Source: an uncultured Lachnospiraceae bacterium (GTDB lineage: Bacteria; Bacillota; Clostridia; Lachnospirales; Lachnospiraceae). Taken from it: a stretch of DNA of 64,000 nt. Position numbers and translations under genes: made by a program. Below are positions 27,636 to 36,865 of the stretch, one piece after another; the stretch's first letter is position 1, and every line of letters begins with the position of its first letter. The notes beneath the pieces were generated by a model. It saw only the letters and a list, made by a program, of their open reading frames with translations, ran no database searches and had not been told where the DNA came from. The DNA is taken from positions 12,666-76,665 of the forward strand of contig CACWHK010000004.1 in NCBI GenBank assembly GCA_902760755.1, given 5' to 3'.

Positions 27636-29378
27636 ATGTATCAGGGAAAAATACTTAACAGAAAATTTTATCAGTACCTGTTTCCAACGGTGCTTTGTGT
27701 GATGGCCACGTCCCTGAACGAGTTTGTCGACAGTATCATCGTGTCGCGGATGTTGGGTGCAGAGGCTATGAGTCTGGTCAATCTGGGTGCACCGGTCATG
27801 CTTGCTTTTGCAATGCTTTATGTGCTTCTCGGAGTGGGAGGTTCGGCTGTATATGCGGTATACGCGGGGCGGATGGAGAAGAAAAAAGCTGACGGTATCT
27901 TTACGCTTACCATGATCGTGTCAGCCGTACTCATAGCGATCATAATCCTGTTCGGTTTATTCTTTACCGAACCTCTCGCCGGGATGATGTGTAAATCTGA
28001 GGATATGTTACCGCAGTTTGTTTCGTATCTTCGTATCGTCACCTTCTCCGGTATCCTGATCCTGCCGCTGCAGGTGATCATAAGCTTTATGCCGGCCTTC
28101 GGGCATCCGGCTATAGGTACCGCATTGAATATCATCGCAAATGTGGTGAATCTTATTTTTGATTACGTATTTATCCGTATCCTCGGGGATGTGAGAGGCG
28201 CAGGTCTGGGGACTCTTTCAGGGTATATCGCAGGTGCAATCGTTGTCCTGGTTTTGTGGCAATTGAAAAAGGTATCCCTGCCCTTCGCACGTATAACCTT
28301 TAAGGTTGGTGAGGAATTAAAGGGTGTTGTCAAACACGGGATTTCGCCATCTATCAACCAGTTGGGATTTTGCATCAAGATCGCCTTTTCCAACTGGCTT
28401 GCTTTCGAGGTTGCGCAAATGACGGGCGTTACCACATTTGCGCTTTGTATTCAGGTTGTGTCCATTCTGTCCATCTTTATCGGGGGCATCCTCGGAGCGG
28501 TAATTCCTCTGGTTGCAGCGCTGTACGGGCAACGGGATTTTCATGGGATGAGGATCCTGATGAAAACCGGCCTTAAGCTTCAGTTCATCATCAATATGGT
28601 ACTTCTTCTGATACTTGAGCTCTGGCCGGAGGTTATACTCTGGATCTACGGCGTGGGCGGAGAGGATGCACCGGCCGCAATCTCTGCAGTTCGGATCTTC
28701 TCGATCATGTTTGTGTTCCGCGGCTTTACGGTCCTTTTTATCTACTATCTGCCTATCATCAAGCGTAGCGGTTACGCCATGGTCATCAGCATCATAGACG
28801 GATTTGCCGGTGTGATCCCGATCGAATATGTTCTGTCACGATTCTACGGGATTAACGGCATCTGGGCCGGCTTTACGGTGACATCGGTGCTTCTGCTGAT
28901 CGGCGTGGTGATCACGAATTACATCATTTCCAGAAGGTCTGAAGGAGCATACAGCAGTTTCCTTCTGCTGGAGAATGAAAGCCGAGAGATCCCTACATTT
29001 GCCACCACCGTGGAGATGAAGGATGCAGATATATCAAGACTCACGCCTTCCATTCAGGAGTTCTGTAAGAAGGAGCAGGTGGACGACAGGATCGCCGTGC
29101 TTACGGCCATATCCACAGAGGAAATGAGCCTTTACTCCATCTGCCACAGCAGCAGGATCGATTATATCGATATACTTCTTAAGGTCTATCCTGACCATAT
29201 CCTGATGGATTTCAGGAGTATCGGAGATCCGTTTGACCTGACATCTGCAGATCCTGAGGAGTACTCCAATCTGGCGATGCTTAAGAAAATGGTTACAACC
29301 GTGGATTATAATTATGTTATGGGAATGAACCAGACGAGGATCACGATTCGCCGGGAGGCAAATATTTTGAATCGATAG
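27636..29378 (+). CDS. MATE-family transporter with C-terminal HATPase_c/RsbW-like domain
   Basis: About 12 TM helices with VDSIIVSRMLG and NLIFDY MATE motifs. The ~130-aa soluble tail (EEMSLY...FRSIGDPFD...YNYVMGMN) resembles the anti-sigma kinase fold. Confidence 0.85.
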   Translation: MYQGKILNRKFYQYLFPTVLCVMATSLNEFVDSIIVSRMLGAEAMSLVNLGAPVMLAFAMLYVLLGVGGSAVYAVYAGRMEKKKADGIFTLTMIVSAVLIAIIILFGLFFTEPLAGMMCKSEDMLPQFVSYLRIVTFSGILILPLQVIISFMPAFGHPAIGTALNIIANVVNLIFDYVFIRILGDVRGAGLGTLSGYIAGAIVVLVLWQLKKVSLPFARITFKVGEELKGVVKHGISPSINQLGFCIKIAFSNWLAFEVAQMTGVTTFALCIQVVSILSIFIGGILGAVIPLVAALYGQRDFHGMRILMKTGLKLQFIINMVLLLILELWPEVILWIYGVGGEDAPAAISAVRIFSIMFVFRGFTVLFIYYLPIIKRSGYAMVISIIDGFAGVIPIEYVLSRFYGINGIWAGFTVTSVLLLIGVVITNYIISRRSEGAYSSFLLLENESREIPTFATTVEMKDADISRLTPSIQEFCKKEQVDDRIAVLTAISTEEMSLYSICHSSRIDYIDILLKVYPDHILMDFRSIGDPFDLTSADPEEYSNLAMLKKMVTTVDYNYVMGMNQTRITIRREANILNR

Positions 29379-29412
29379 AGTTTACAAAGTTTAGATTTTG
29401 GAGGGGTTTACT

Positions 29413-31086
29413 ATGGATCATGTATTGATTGTTGAAGCGGTTTCGACGGGGTTCAATCTGGTGGAGGATGTGGCACGAAGGGGATACGCGCCGGTGGTGA
29501 TGGAACCGCTGGGGGGAGGATTCCCGGTTCTCTTCCGAGAGGAATGCTACAAGCTGTTTTACCGAAAGCCGGTAATCCTCCGGGAGCAGGAAAACTATGA
29601 AGATACACTGGCGCTGGTAAAGTCCTACGCGCCGGTTGCGGTGATGCCCGGATCGGAGTCGGGCGTTGTGCTCGCGAACCGTCTGGCTGCGGATCTGGGG
29701 CTTCCGGGGAATCCGATCAGCAAACTTCCGGCAATGACCGAGAAAGATGCCATGCAGGAGGCATTGAAACAGGCTGGGATCCGTTACATTAACGGGAAAA
29801 ATGTATCGTCTCCGGAGGAGGCAGTTTCCTTCTGCCGTGAGAACGGGCTTACCACGGCTGTGGTGAAACCCGTCCATAGTGCGGGGAGCGTGGGAGTCTA
29901 CCTTTGTGACAATCTGGAGGAAGTGGAGCATGCCGTCCGGGAAATCCTCGGGGCAGAGGGCTTCTATGGCTCCACGGTCCGTGAGGTGGTTGTCCAGGAA
30001 CGGATCGTAGGGACGGAGTATATCGTTAACACGGCGTCCTGCGACGGGGTGCACCGCCTCAACTCCATTCTTCGGTATAAGAAGGAAAAGACCGCTGAGG
30101 GCAGATACATCTATGATTATGCAGAGACCATAAATCATCTGGAGCCCGGCCATAGCGAGCTGATCGAGTATGCATTTCAGGTGGCGGATGCCATAGGATT
30201 CCGGTACGGGATCGTTCACGGTGAATATATGATCGACGAGAAGGGACCGGTTCTGATCGAGGTGAACTGCCGCCCCATGGGATGCAGCATGCATGCGGAT
30301 TATCTGGACCCCATTTACGGGCATCATGAAACCGATATTCTGCTGGACTGCTTTCTGGACAGGGAGAAGTTCATGCGGGAACGGAACGCCCCTTACGCGC
30401 CGAAGGCGAAGGGCATGCTGAAGCTTATTATGGTTCCGAAGGATATGGAGGCGGAGAGCCATCCGATCTGGACAATCGCAAGGCGTCTGAAAAGCACGTA
30501 CCGGATCGCAGTCGGAGATGAGAACAGTGTGGCGGAATATGTGAAAACCAGGGATCTGGAATCTGCCGGAGGGATCATTTACATGCTGCATGAGGATGAA
30601 AATGTAGTGATGAAAGAGCTGCATCTCCTGCAGCGTCTGGAGAGAGATTTCTTCCAGTTCCTTCTCAGTGAGGGAACGGCCCGAAGATGGTTTATGGATG
30701 CGGGTGTTCCGACGGAAGAGCCGGAGGAACTCATGAAGGCCTGCGGTTGTTCCGGCGCAGTGCTGCTGGCGGTGGATGAGCCGGCGGAGATCCCGGGAGC
30801 ACAGGTGGTAATGCCTGAAACGCTGGAGGATGCCCACATGGGATTTGATCATGTGATCATAGCGTACCAGAAGTCGCTTCTTTCCATCGGCGATCCGGCA
30901 TGTCTTAAGCTGATCTTTGATACTATGGATAAGGTTCGCCCGGGAGGACGTGTGATCATACCGAAGAGCACGTATCGGTATATGGCCTACGAACGGGAAG
31001 GGGCAGAGATGCTTATGCTGGTGAACGGAATCAGCATCACTGCACCGGTTCCGGGGCAGAAGGATCTGGTAATCGGCACGAAATAA
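29413..31086 (+). CDS. ATP-grasp ligase (L-amino acid ligase-like) with extra C-terminal domain
   Basis: IVEAVSTG, PGSESGV, KDAMQEAL, VVKPVHSAGSVGV, QERIVGTEY, HGEY, IEVNCR. Confidence 0.85.
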   Translation: MDHVLIVEAVSTGFNLVEDVARRGYAPVVMEPLGGGFPVLFREECYKLFYRKPVILREQENYEDTLALVKSYAPVAVMPGSESGVVLANRLAADLGLPGNPISKLPAMTEKDAMQEALKQAGIRYINGKNVSSPEEAVSFCRENGLTTAVVKPVHSAGSVGVYLCDNLEEVEHAVREILGAEGFYGSTVREVVVQERIVGTEYIVNTASCDGVHRLNSILRYKKEKTAEGRYIYDYAETINHLEPGHSELIEYAFQVADAIGFRYGIVHGEYMIDEKGPVLIEVNCRPMGCSMHADYLDPIYGHHETDILLDCFLDREKFMRERNAPYAPKAKGMLKLIMVPKDMEAESHPIWTIARRLKSTYRIAVGDENSVAEYVKTRDLESAGGIIYMLHEDENVVMKELHLLQRLERDFFQFLLSEGTARRWFMDAGVPTEEPEELMKACGCSGAVLLAVDEPAEIPGAQVVMPETLEDAHMGFDHVIIAYQKSLLSIGDPACLKLIFDTMDKVRPGGRVIIPKSTYRYMAYEREGAEMLMLVNGISITAPVPGQKDLVIGTK

Positions 31087-31111
31087 CCGATTTTCATTGA
31101 TTTCATTGGTG

Positions 31112-31145
31112 TGTGATACTAGTGTGATAGTTGATGTGCTATAAT
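31112..31145 (+). promoter_or_regulatory. Activator-type promoter, copy 2
   Basis: TGTGATAC (31112), 3 nt, TGTGATAG (31123), 9 nt, TATAAT (31140). Confidence 0.75.
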
Positions 31146-31146
31146 T

Positions 31147-31183
31147 CCTATTCGGACAGGGGAGGTCTGTCCGAATAGGTTTT
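31147..31183 (+). terminator. Intrinsic terminator overlapping the predicted transcription start of the VanY gene
   Basis: 13-bp perfect stem CCTATTCGGACAG/CTGTCCGAATAGG followed by TTTT. Confidence 0.75.
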
Positions 31184-31209
31184 ATTATACATCAAAAGGA
31201 GAACAGAAT

Positions 31210-32187
31210 ATGAAAAAGAAGCTTTTTATCCTTGCAGCCGTTTGTATGGCGTTATCCATGGTCGGCTGCGGTAATGACAGTTCAAAGGAAGTAACTACAA
31301 GTTCTGCGCAGAGTTCATCCAGTGCAAGTGTCATAAGTGTAAATACTTCCTCCGGAGGTATGATCGCTTATGCTGCAGAAGGTGCGGAGATTAAATTCGA
31401 CGAAGACTTTCCGACACAATCTCTGCAGTTCCCCGGTACAGACGGTGCAAAGTTTGTTCTGGAAGCAAAGGTGAACCCGGAGAAAGAGGGTGTGCAGTTC
31501 ATAAAGTGGAAGAAGGATGGCTCGGACTATTCGACGGATGCGAAGATTACCATCACGGTTTCCGGAAATGCTGAGTATTATGCAGTGATTGAGGATCCGA
31601 ATGCTGAGTTTGAAGGCTCCTATGACTATCTTGTACTCGTGAATAAAACTCATAAGCTTCCGGATGACTGGGAGCAGAATGTGGTCCTCGAGGAAGCAAC
31701 GAATCGTTACGGAGAGAAGTATAAGGTAGAAAGGAAGGCTCTGGAGCAGTTCCTGAAGCTGCAGAAGGAGCTTGCAGACGAAGGGATCTATATCGAACTG
31801 GACAGCACCACCAGAAGCGTTGCGGAGCAGCAGAAGCTCTGGGATGACTGGACGGTTGAGAAGGGCGAGGACTATGTGAAGAAGTATGTGGCTGTTCCGG
31901 GTTACTCGGAGCATCACACCGGTCTTGCCATCGATGTCTGCCTGGATAAGGACGGAAAGCGGATCGACGATAATGATGATATGATCGCTGAGAAGGAGAT
32001 CTTTGCAAAGGTCCATGAAAAGCTGGCAAAGTACGGCTTTATCCTGCGTTACCTTGAGGGTAAGGATGCAGAAACCGGATACAGCTATGAGCCGTGGCAT
32101 TTCCGTTATATCAATGATCCGGATAAGGCGAAAGAGATTATGGATAAGGGAATTACGCTTGAGGAATATCTTGGAGCGTTGAACTAG
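31210..32187 (+). CDS. Lipoprotein D-Ala-D-Ala (or L,D-) carboxypeptidase, M15B/VanY family
   Basis: Lipobox MVGC; SEHHTGLAID and EPWH Zn-peptidase motifs. Confidence 0.9.
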   Translation: MKKKLFILAAVCMALSMVGCGNDSSKEVTTSSAQSSSSASVISVNTSSGGMIAYAAEGAEIKFDEDFPTQSLQFPGTDGAKFVLEAKVNPEKEGVQFIKWKKDGSDYSTDAKITITVSGNAEYYAVIEDPNAEFEGSYDYLVLVNKTHKLPDDWEQNVVLEEATNRYGEKYKVERKALEQFLKLQKELADEGIYIELDSTTRSVAEQQKLWDDWTVEKGEDYVKKYVAVPGYSEHHTGLAIDVCLDKDGKRIDDNDDMIAEKEIFAKVHEKLAKYGFILRYLEGKDAETGYSYEPWHFRYINDPDKAKEIMDKGITLEEYLGALN

Positions 32188-32221
32188 ACACAGTTAAAGC
32201 CCGAATATAAAGAAATACCGG

Positions 32222-32249
32222 ATGAGAGCGCTTTGGCGCTCTCATTCTT
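32222..32249 (+). terminator. Probable terminator
   Basis: ATGAGAGCGC/GCGCTCTCAT stem followed by TCTT. Confidence 0.6.
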
Positions 32250-32463
32250 CTAACCTGCAAAAGCGTGGAATAGGAGAGATGGGAGCTACGGCGGAGATAA
32301 ATGTCGGGGCTGAGAATTATGTGCTTACCTGCGGGGCAAAGTAAACATAGTTGATGACTGATTGAGTACACAGGCTTAAAATGGTATAATAAGTCCGTTG
32401 GAATCGGGATGCTGAAGGAACCGTTTCATCGGTGGAAGCATATTCTTTCGGGGACAGGATGTT

Positions 32464-33186
32464 ATGGAAAGAAAAACGTCAAATGAAATCATATTGCAGA
32501 CGAATGGTCTGTACAAGGTATATGGTAGCGGCGAAAATGCCGTAAACGCCCTGGACGGTGTGGATATTTCGGTTTATGCGGGGGAGCTTCTGGTAATCCT
32601 CGGAAGCAGTGGCAGCGGGAAATCCACGATCCTGAACATGCTCGGCGGGATGGATGTGCCCACCGGAGGAGAGGTTCTGTTTCAGGGGACGGACATCGGG
32701 AAGTTCAGTGACAAGAAGCTGACCGCCTATCGAAGACATCATGTGGGGTTCGTGTTTCAGTCCTTCAATCTGATCGGAGAGCTTACGGTCCGGGAGAATG
32801 TTAAGCTGACCGCGGATCTAAAGAGCAATCCGAATATCGTGGACGAGATGCTGGATATCCTGGGTCTTTCCGAAAAGAAGGATAAGTATCCTTCCCAGCT
32901 GTCCGGCGGACAGCAGCAGAGAGTGGCAATTGCCAGAGCTCTGGCGGGAAATGCGGATATCCTGCTTTGTGATGAGCCCACCGGCGCGCTGGATTATGAA
33001 ACCGGAAAGCAGATCCTGGTACAGTTACAGGATCTGGTGAGAGTACATGGGAAAACAGTGATCATCGTCACACATACAAAGGAAATTTCCACGATGGCAG
33101 ACCGAGTGATCGTCATGAAGGACGGACGGGTGATCCGTACGGAGGTCAACGATACACCTGCTTCGGCGGAAATGATCGAGTGGTAA
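32464..33186 (+). CDS. ABC transporter ATP-binding protein (LolD/MacB type)
   Basis: GSSGSGKS, LSGGQQQRVAIARAL, LLCDEPTGALD. Confidence 0.95.
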   Translation: MERKTSNEIILQTNGLYKVYGSGENAVNALDGVDISVYAGELLVILGSSGSGKSTILNMLGGMDVPTGGEVLFQGTDIGKFSDKKLTAYRRHHVGFVFQSFNLIGELTVRENVKLTADLKSNPNIVDEMLDILGLSEKKDKYPSQLSGGQQQRVAIARALAGNADILLCDEPTGALDYETGKQILVQLQDLVRVHGKTVIIVTHTKEISTMADRVIVMKDGRVIRTEVNDTPASAEMIEW

Positions 33187-33210
33187 TATACATTTGGAAG
33201 TGGTTTTGGA

Positions 33211-36200
33211 ATGAAGAACAGCTTGTTTCGCGTGATCAGAAAAAAATACGCCAGACTGCTGGTATCCATGCTGTTGGTATCATCGCTGGGATGTGGAATC
33301 ATGTCCGGCATGTCCAATGGCTTTTTGTCGTTGAAACAGACACTGAATGAGTATATTTCGGATATGGGATATCCGGATGTGGTGATCTCGACGACAACCA
33401 CAACCAAAGACAAGGCAGATCTGCTCCGTGCCCTGGATGGCGTGGAGGAGGTGAATCCGAGACTGAAGGGAAATCTTGTTCTGATCGACAGAGAAGGGCG
33501 CTACATCTCAGCAGAAGCCCTGACCTACGACGAACAGGATTTTTCAAAGTTTTATTACTGGGAAAAGGTGGATAAAAAGGGAGAATATCCAATCCTTATG
33601 GAGCACGCCTTTTGTGAAAGCAATGGAATTCATGCAGGGGACGAACTGACGGCCCGGCTGGGAGAGGATGAAAGGCTCTGTACGGTATATGGCGTGATCT
33701 CCAGACCGGAAACCCTGTCAACTCCAAGCATCGGACGTATGAAGGCATCCCCCATGGATGTCTGCTATATATATGTCCCCGCGTCGATTCTGGAGGATGA
33801 AGAAAACCCGGAATATGTGAAGGCCTTTGCCGAGTGGGAAACGAAGAACCGGGAATATGAAGAGGCAAAGGAAAAAGCGGATTCGGAGCACGAAAAGACT
33901 TTGGATCAGATTACGGATTCCGAAAAACAGCTGTCGGAAAAAGAAAAGGAAATGACGGAAAAGCTTTCGGAAGCGGAGCAGCAGAAGGAGTCCCTGCTCC
34001 GGAACCGGGAGGAGCTAAGAAAGAAACAGCAGGAATTGGCGGAACTGGAAAAGCAGCTTCAGTCGAAGAAGGATGAGCTTGCGGATGGTGAAAAGAAGCT
34101 TTTGCAGGAAAAGCAAAAGCTGGAGGATTCGAAGAAGGAACTGGCCGGAAAGCGTGAGGAACTGGACCGGACCAAAAAGGAACTGGAGGCGCAGTATAAC
34201 GAACTGAAGACGAAGCTGGATGAGGGAAGGCGTAGTCTGGATGAGAATAAGAAAAAGATCGACGAGTGGAAAGAGCTGATCCGGATTCTGGAAGACAATA
34301 AGGATCAGATCGAACAGATCGTAGGGAGTATTAATCTTCCGAAGGATACCTATGAACGTGCATCCGCTCTTGTTTCGGATGTGGACCGGATTCTTTCGAA
34401 TACGGACTATGTGATCAGAATGCTGAAGTCCTTTGATCAGATAATCCATGATGTGAATGTGGACTCCCTGCTGGATCATATGGGACAGTATTCCGATACA
34501 CTACGAAAGCTCCGGGATCAGTTGAGTGACGCGGTAAAGCGGGCGGAGGATCCGGCGGTAGTGGAAAAGTTTCGGGAGGAGATCATATCCCAAAGCCGGT
34601 TATTCCTGGATACCTTTGTAAAAGACAGTAAAACCGTGAAGGAGGTTGTTGATTCCGCGGTTCTTTACGTGAAGGATATGGAGACTAAGCTGGAGGAGGG
34701 CTATAAACAGCTGGAGGAGTATTCCGGTTATCTGAAGCAGATCGAGGAAGGCCTTCGGACCGTCGATGCCGGATACGGAGAGCTGGAGAAGTACGAGAAG
34801 AAGCTTTCGGATGGTGAGAAGCAGATCCGGGACGGCGAAAAGACGCTGGATTCCTACAGAAGCCAGATCCGGGACGGTGAAAAGCAGATCGCTGACGGGA
34901 GAAAAGAGATCGAGAAGTATCTGATCGAGATCGAGAAAGCAATCGAAGCCATCGAGCAGGGAATCCTTGACGGAAAAACAGAGTTTGAAAATGCACGGGA
35001 CCTGCTGAAGGAAGCAAAGGCAGAGGTCCAATCCGAGTGGTCGAAGATCCTGAAGGAACTGTCCCGGGGTGAGGAGGAGCTTGCGAATGCAAAGGATCAG
35101 CTGGATGACTGGCAGGGATATGAAAACTTCTGCAATCAGTTCCTGATCCGGGTTTCGGAGGGCATGGATCCGGAAGATGTACGACGCCGGGCAGAGGAAG
35201 CCCTGCTTGATGTTGAGATCAAGGAAAGCTACACGTATCAGACATCAGAACTCCGGGATAAACTGGAGGGAGAAAACTTAAGTCCTCTGGAGATCATGAC
35301 CATGTACATCCCCATGGTCTTCTTTGGCGTTGCACTGATCGTGATCTTCCTTTTCATGAATCTACTGGTTCGGCGGTGCCGCAGGGAGATTGGAATTCTG
35401 CGTGCCCTTGGCTTTTCTAAGCGTTCCATCGTATCGCAGTTTTGTACGGTGAGCCTGATCGTCTCCCTTGGTGCAGTTTTGATCGGGGCACTTATGGGGA
35501 TTATCGTGGGAAGATTGATCGGTAACAGCTTTCAGGACTTTCTTGATCTCTATTATATGAACCACCAGTTTTACTGGGGACGGATCCTGCTTGCTGCCGG
35601 TATAACGGTGCTGGTGGGACAGATCGCCACCTTGCTTAGCATGGGCTATGTGAATCATATTGCGCCTGCGGAGGCCATGACCAGGCCGGCTCCGAAGGAG
35701 GCGTTCCATGCAAGCGGTTTTATGAGAAATTCCAACTCGTTTTTCAAATACAGTGTATTTTCACTGATGAGGAATAAAATGCGGTTTTTCTTTACCGTGA
35801 TCTGTCTTGCCGCTTCATCCATGCTGATGTTCTCAGCCTTTTCCTTCGGGGCATGCAAGGATAAGCTTCTGGTCAGCTATTACGAAGACCGGGTCAACTA
35901 TGACTGCGAAGCGTTTTTCAGTTATGAACCTTCTGCAGAAAAGATCGGAGAGCTGGAGCGGCTTGGGATCGCAAGCTCGCCGGAGTCCGTCAGGTATTAT
36001 AAAAAGGAGATCCGTTTCGGGGATGCTTCGGAAGAGGCTTTCATCCAGGCAATCCCAAAGGATACCGATAAGGTCAGAATCCTTGATTCCGATGAAAAGG
36101 ATTTAAGGCTATCGGAGGAGGGCCTGATTCTGGAGAGATATATCGCTGAGAAACTGAACCTTAAGGCGGGAGATGTGGTTACCATCGACGGAGAGAGTTT

Positions 36201-36822
36201 CCCGGTAACAGCCATTTCCGAGCAGTATGAAGGCCGTGTTCAGTTTATTTCTCTGGAAGCGGCAGAACGTCTCGGGGAACCTGTATTTTACTCGGTTCTC
36301 CTCTCGGTGGAACCGGATCAGCAGATCAAACTGGGGCAGAAGTTATCGGAGGTTGACGGATATATCCTTGCGTCCTTTATCGACCGGAATTACAACTATT
36401 GGAAGAAAAACTTCCGGGGCTTTACTGCCTGCGTGATTGCCGTCATTCTGTTCTCGGTCCTGATCGGATTTGTAATTATAACAAATACGCTTCTTGCCAA
36501 CCTTCTGGAGCAGAAGAAGGATCTCTGTATCCTCCGGACACTGGGCTTCCAGTGCTCTGAACTATCCTTCCGCCTGTTTTTCCAGACAGCGCTATATTAT
36601 GTATTCGCCTGTCTGATCGGGATTCCGGCGGGAGCGCTGGTGGCAAAAATGGCGATCGATCATATGGAGACGGAGGGAAGAAGCTATCCCTTTGTGAATG
36701 AACCGTATCTTTACCTGCAGACCGCCGCGCTGGTTCTCGGGTATCTGATCATCGGGCATATCATATCCATGAAGTCCCTTCGGAAGTGGGATATTGTGGA
36801 GAGTGTGAAGGATAAAGAGTAA
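33211..36822 (+). CDS. FtsX-like ABC exporter permease with long coiled-coil extracellular insert
   Basis: Two FtsX halves (REIGILRALG, KDLCILRTLG) and about 450 aa of E/K-rich heptads. Confidence 0.9.
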   Translation: MKNSLFRVIRKKYARLLVSMLLVSSLGCGIMSGMSNGFLSLKQTLNEYISDMGYPDVVISTTTTTKDKADLLRALDGVEEVNPRLKGNLVLIDREGRYISAEALTYDEQDFSKFYYWEKVDKKGEYPILMEHAFCESNGIHAGDELTARLGEDERLCTVYGVISRPETLSTPSIGRMKASPMDVCYIYVPASILEDEENPEYVKAFAEWETKNREYEEAKEKADSEHEKTLDQITDSEKQLSEKEKEMTEKLSEAEQQKESLLRNREELRKKQQELAELEKQLQSKKDELADGEKKLLQEKQKLEDSKKELAGKREELDRTKKELEAQYNELKTKLDEGRRSLDENKKKIDEWKELIRILEDNKDQIEQIVGSINLPKDTYERASALVSDVDRILSNTDYVIRMLKSFDQIIHDVNVDSLLDHMGQYSDTLRKLRDQLSDAVKRAEDPAVVEKFREEIISQSRLFLDTFVKDSKTVKEVVDSAVLYVKDMETKLEEGYKQLEEYSGYLKQIEEGLRTVDAGYGELEKYEKKLSDGEKQIRDGEKTLDSYRSQIRDGEKQIADGRKEIEKYLIEIEKAIEAIEQGILDGKTEFENARDLLKEAKAEVQSEWSKILKELSRGEEELANAKDQLDDWQGYENFCNQFLIRVSEGMDPEDVRRRAEEALLDVEIKESYTYQTSELRDKLEGENLSPLEIMTMYIPMVFFGVALIVIFLFMNLLVRRCRREIGILRALGFSKRSIVSQFCTVSLIVSLGAVLIGALMGIIVGRLIGNSFQDFLDLYYMNHQFYWGRILLAAGITVLVGQIATLLSMGYVNHIAPAEAMTRPAPKEAFHASGFMRNSNSFFKYSVFSLMRNKMRFFFTVICLAASSMLMFSAFSFGACKDKLLVSYYEDRVNYDCEAFFSYEPSAEKIGELERLGIASSPESVRYYKKEIRFGDASEEAFIQAIPKDTDKVRILDSDEKDLRLSEEGLILERYIAEKLNLKAGDVVTIDGESFPVTAISEQYEGRVQFISLEAAERLGEPVFYSVLLSVEPDQQIKLGQKLSEVDGYILASFIDRNYNYWKKNFRGFTACVIAVILFSVLIGFVIITNTLLANLLEQKKDLCILRTLGFQCSELSFRLFFQTALYYVFACLIGIPAGALVAKMAIDHMETEGRSYPFVNEPYLYLQTAALVLGYLIIGHIISMKSLRKWDIVESVKDKE

Positions 36823-36865
36823 GAGTATTGCAGATGATTTCCTGATAAGGAGGCTTAAAGCAACA

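Noticed and set aside
31210-32187. VanY as a vancomycin-resistance locus
   Set aside because: No vanA/H/X/R/S genes; M15B lipoproteins are common housekeeping wall peptidases; the nearby ATP-grasp protein lacks D-Ala-D-Ala ligase features
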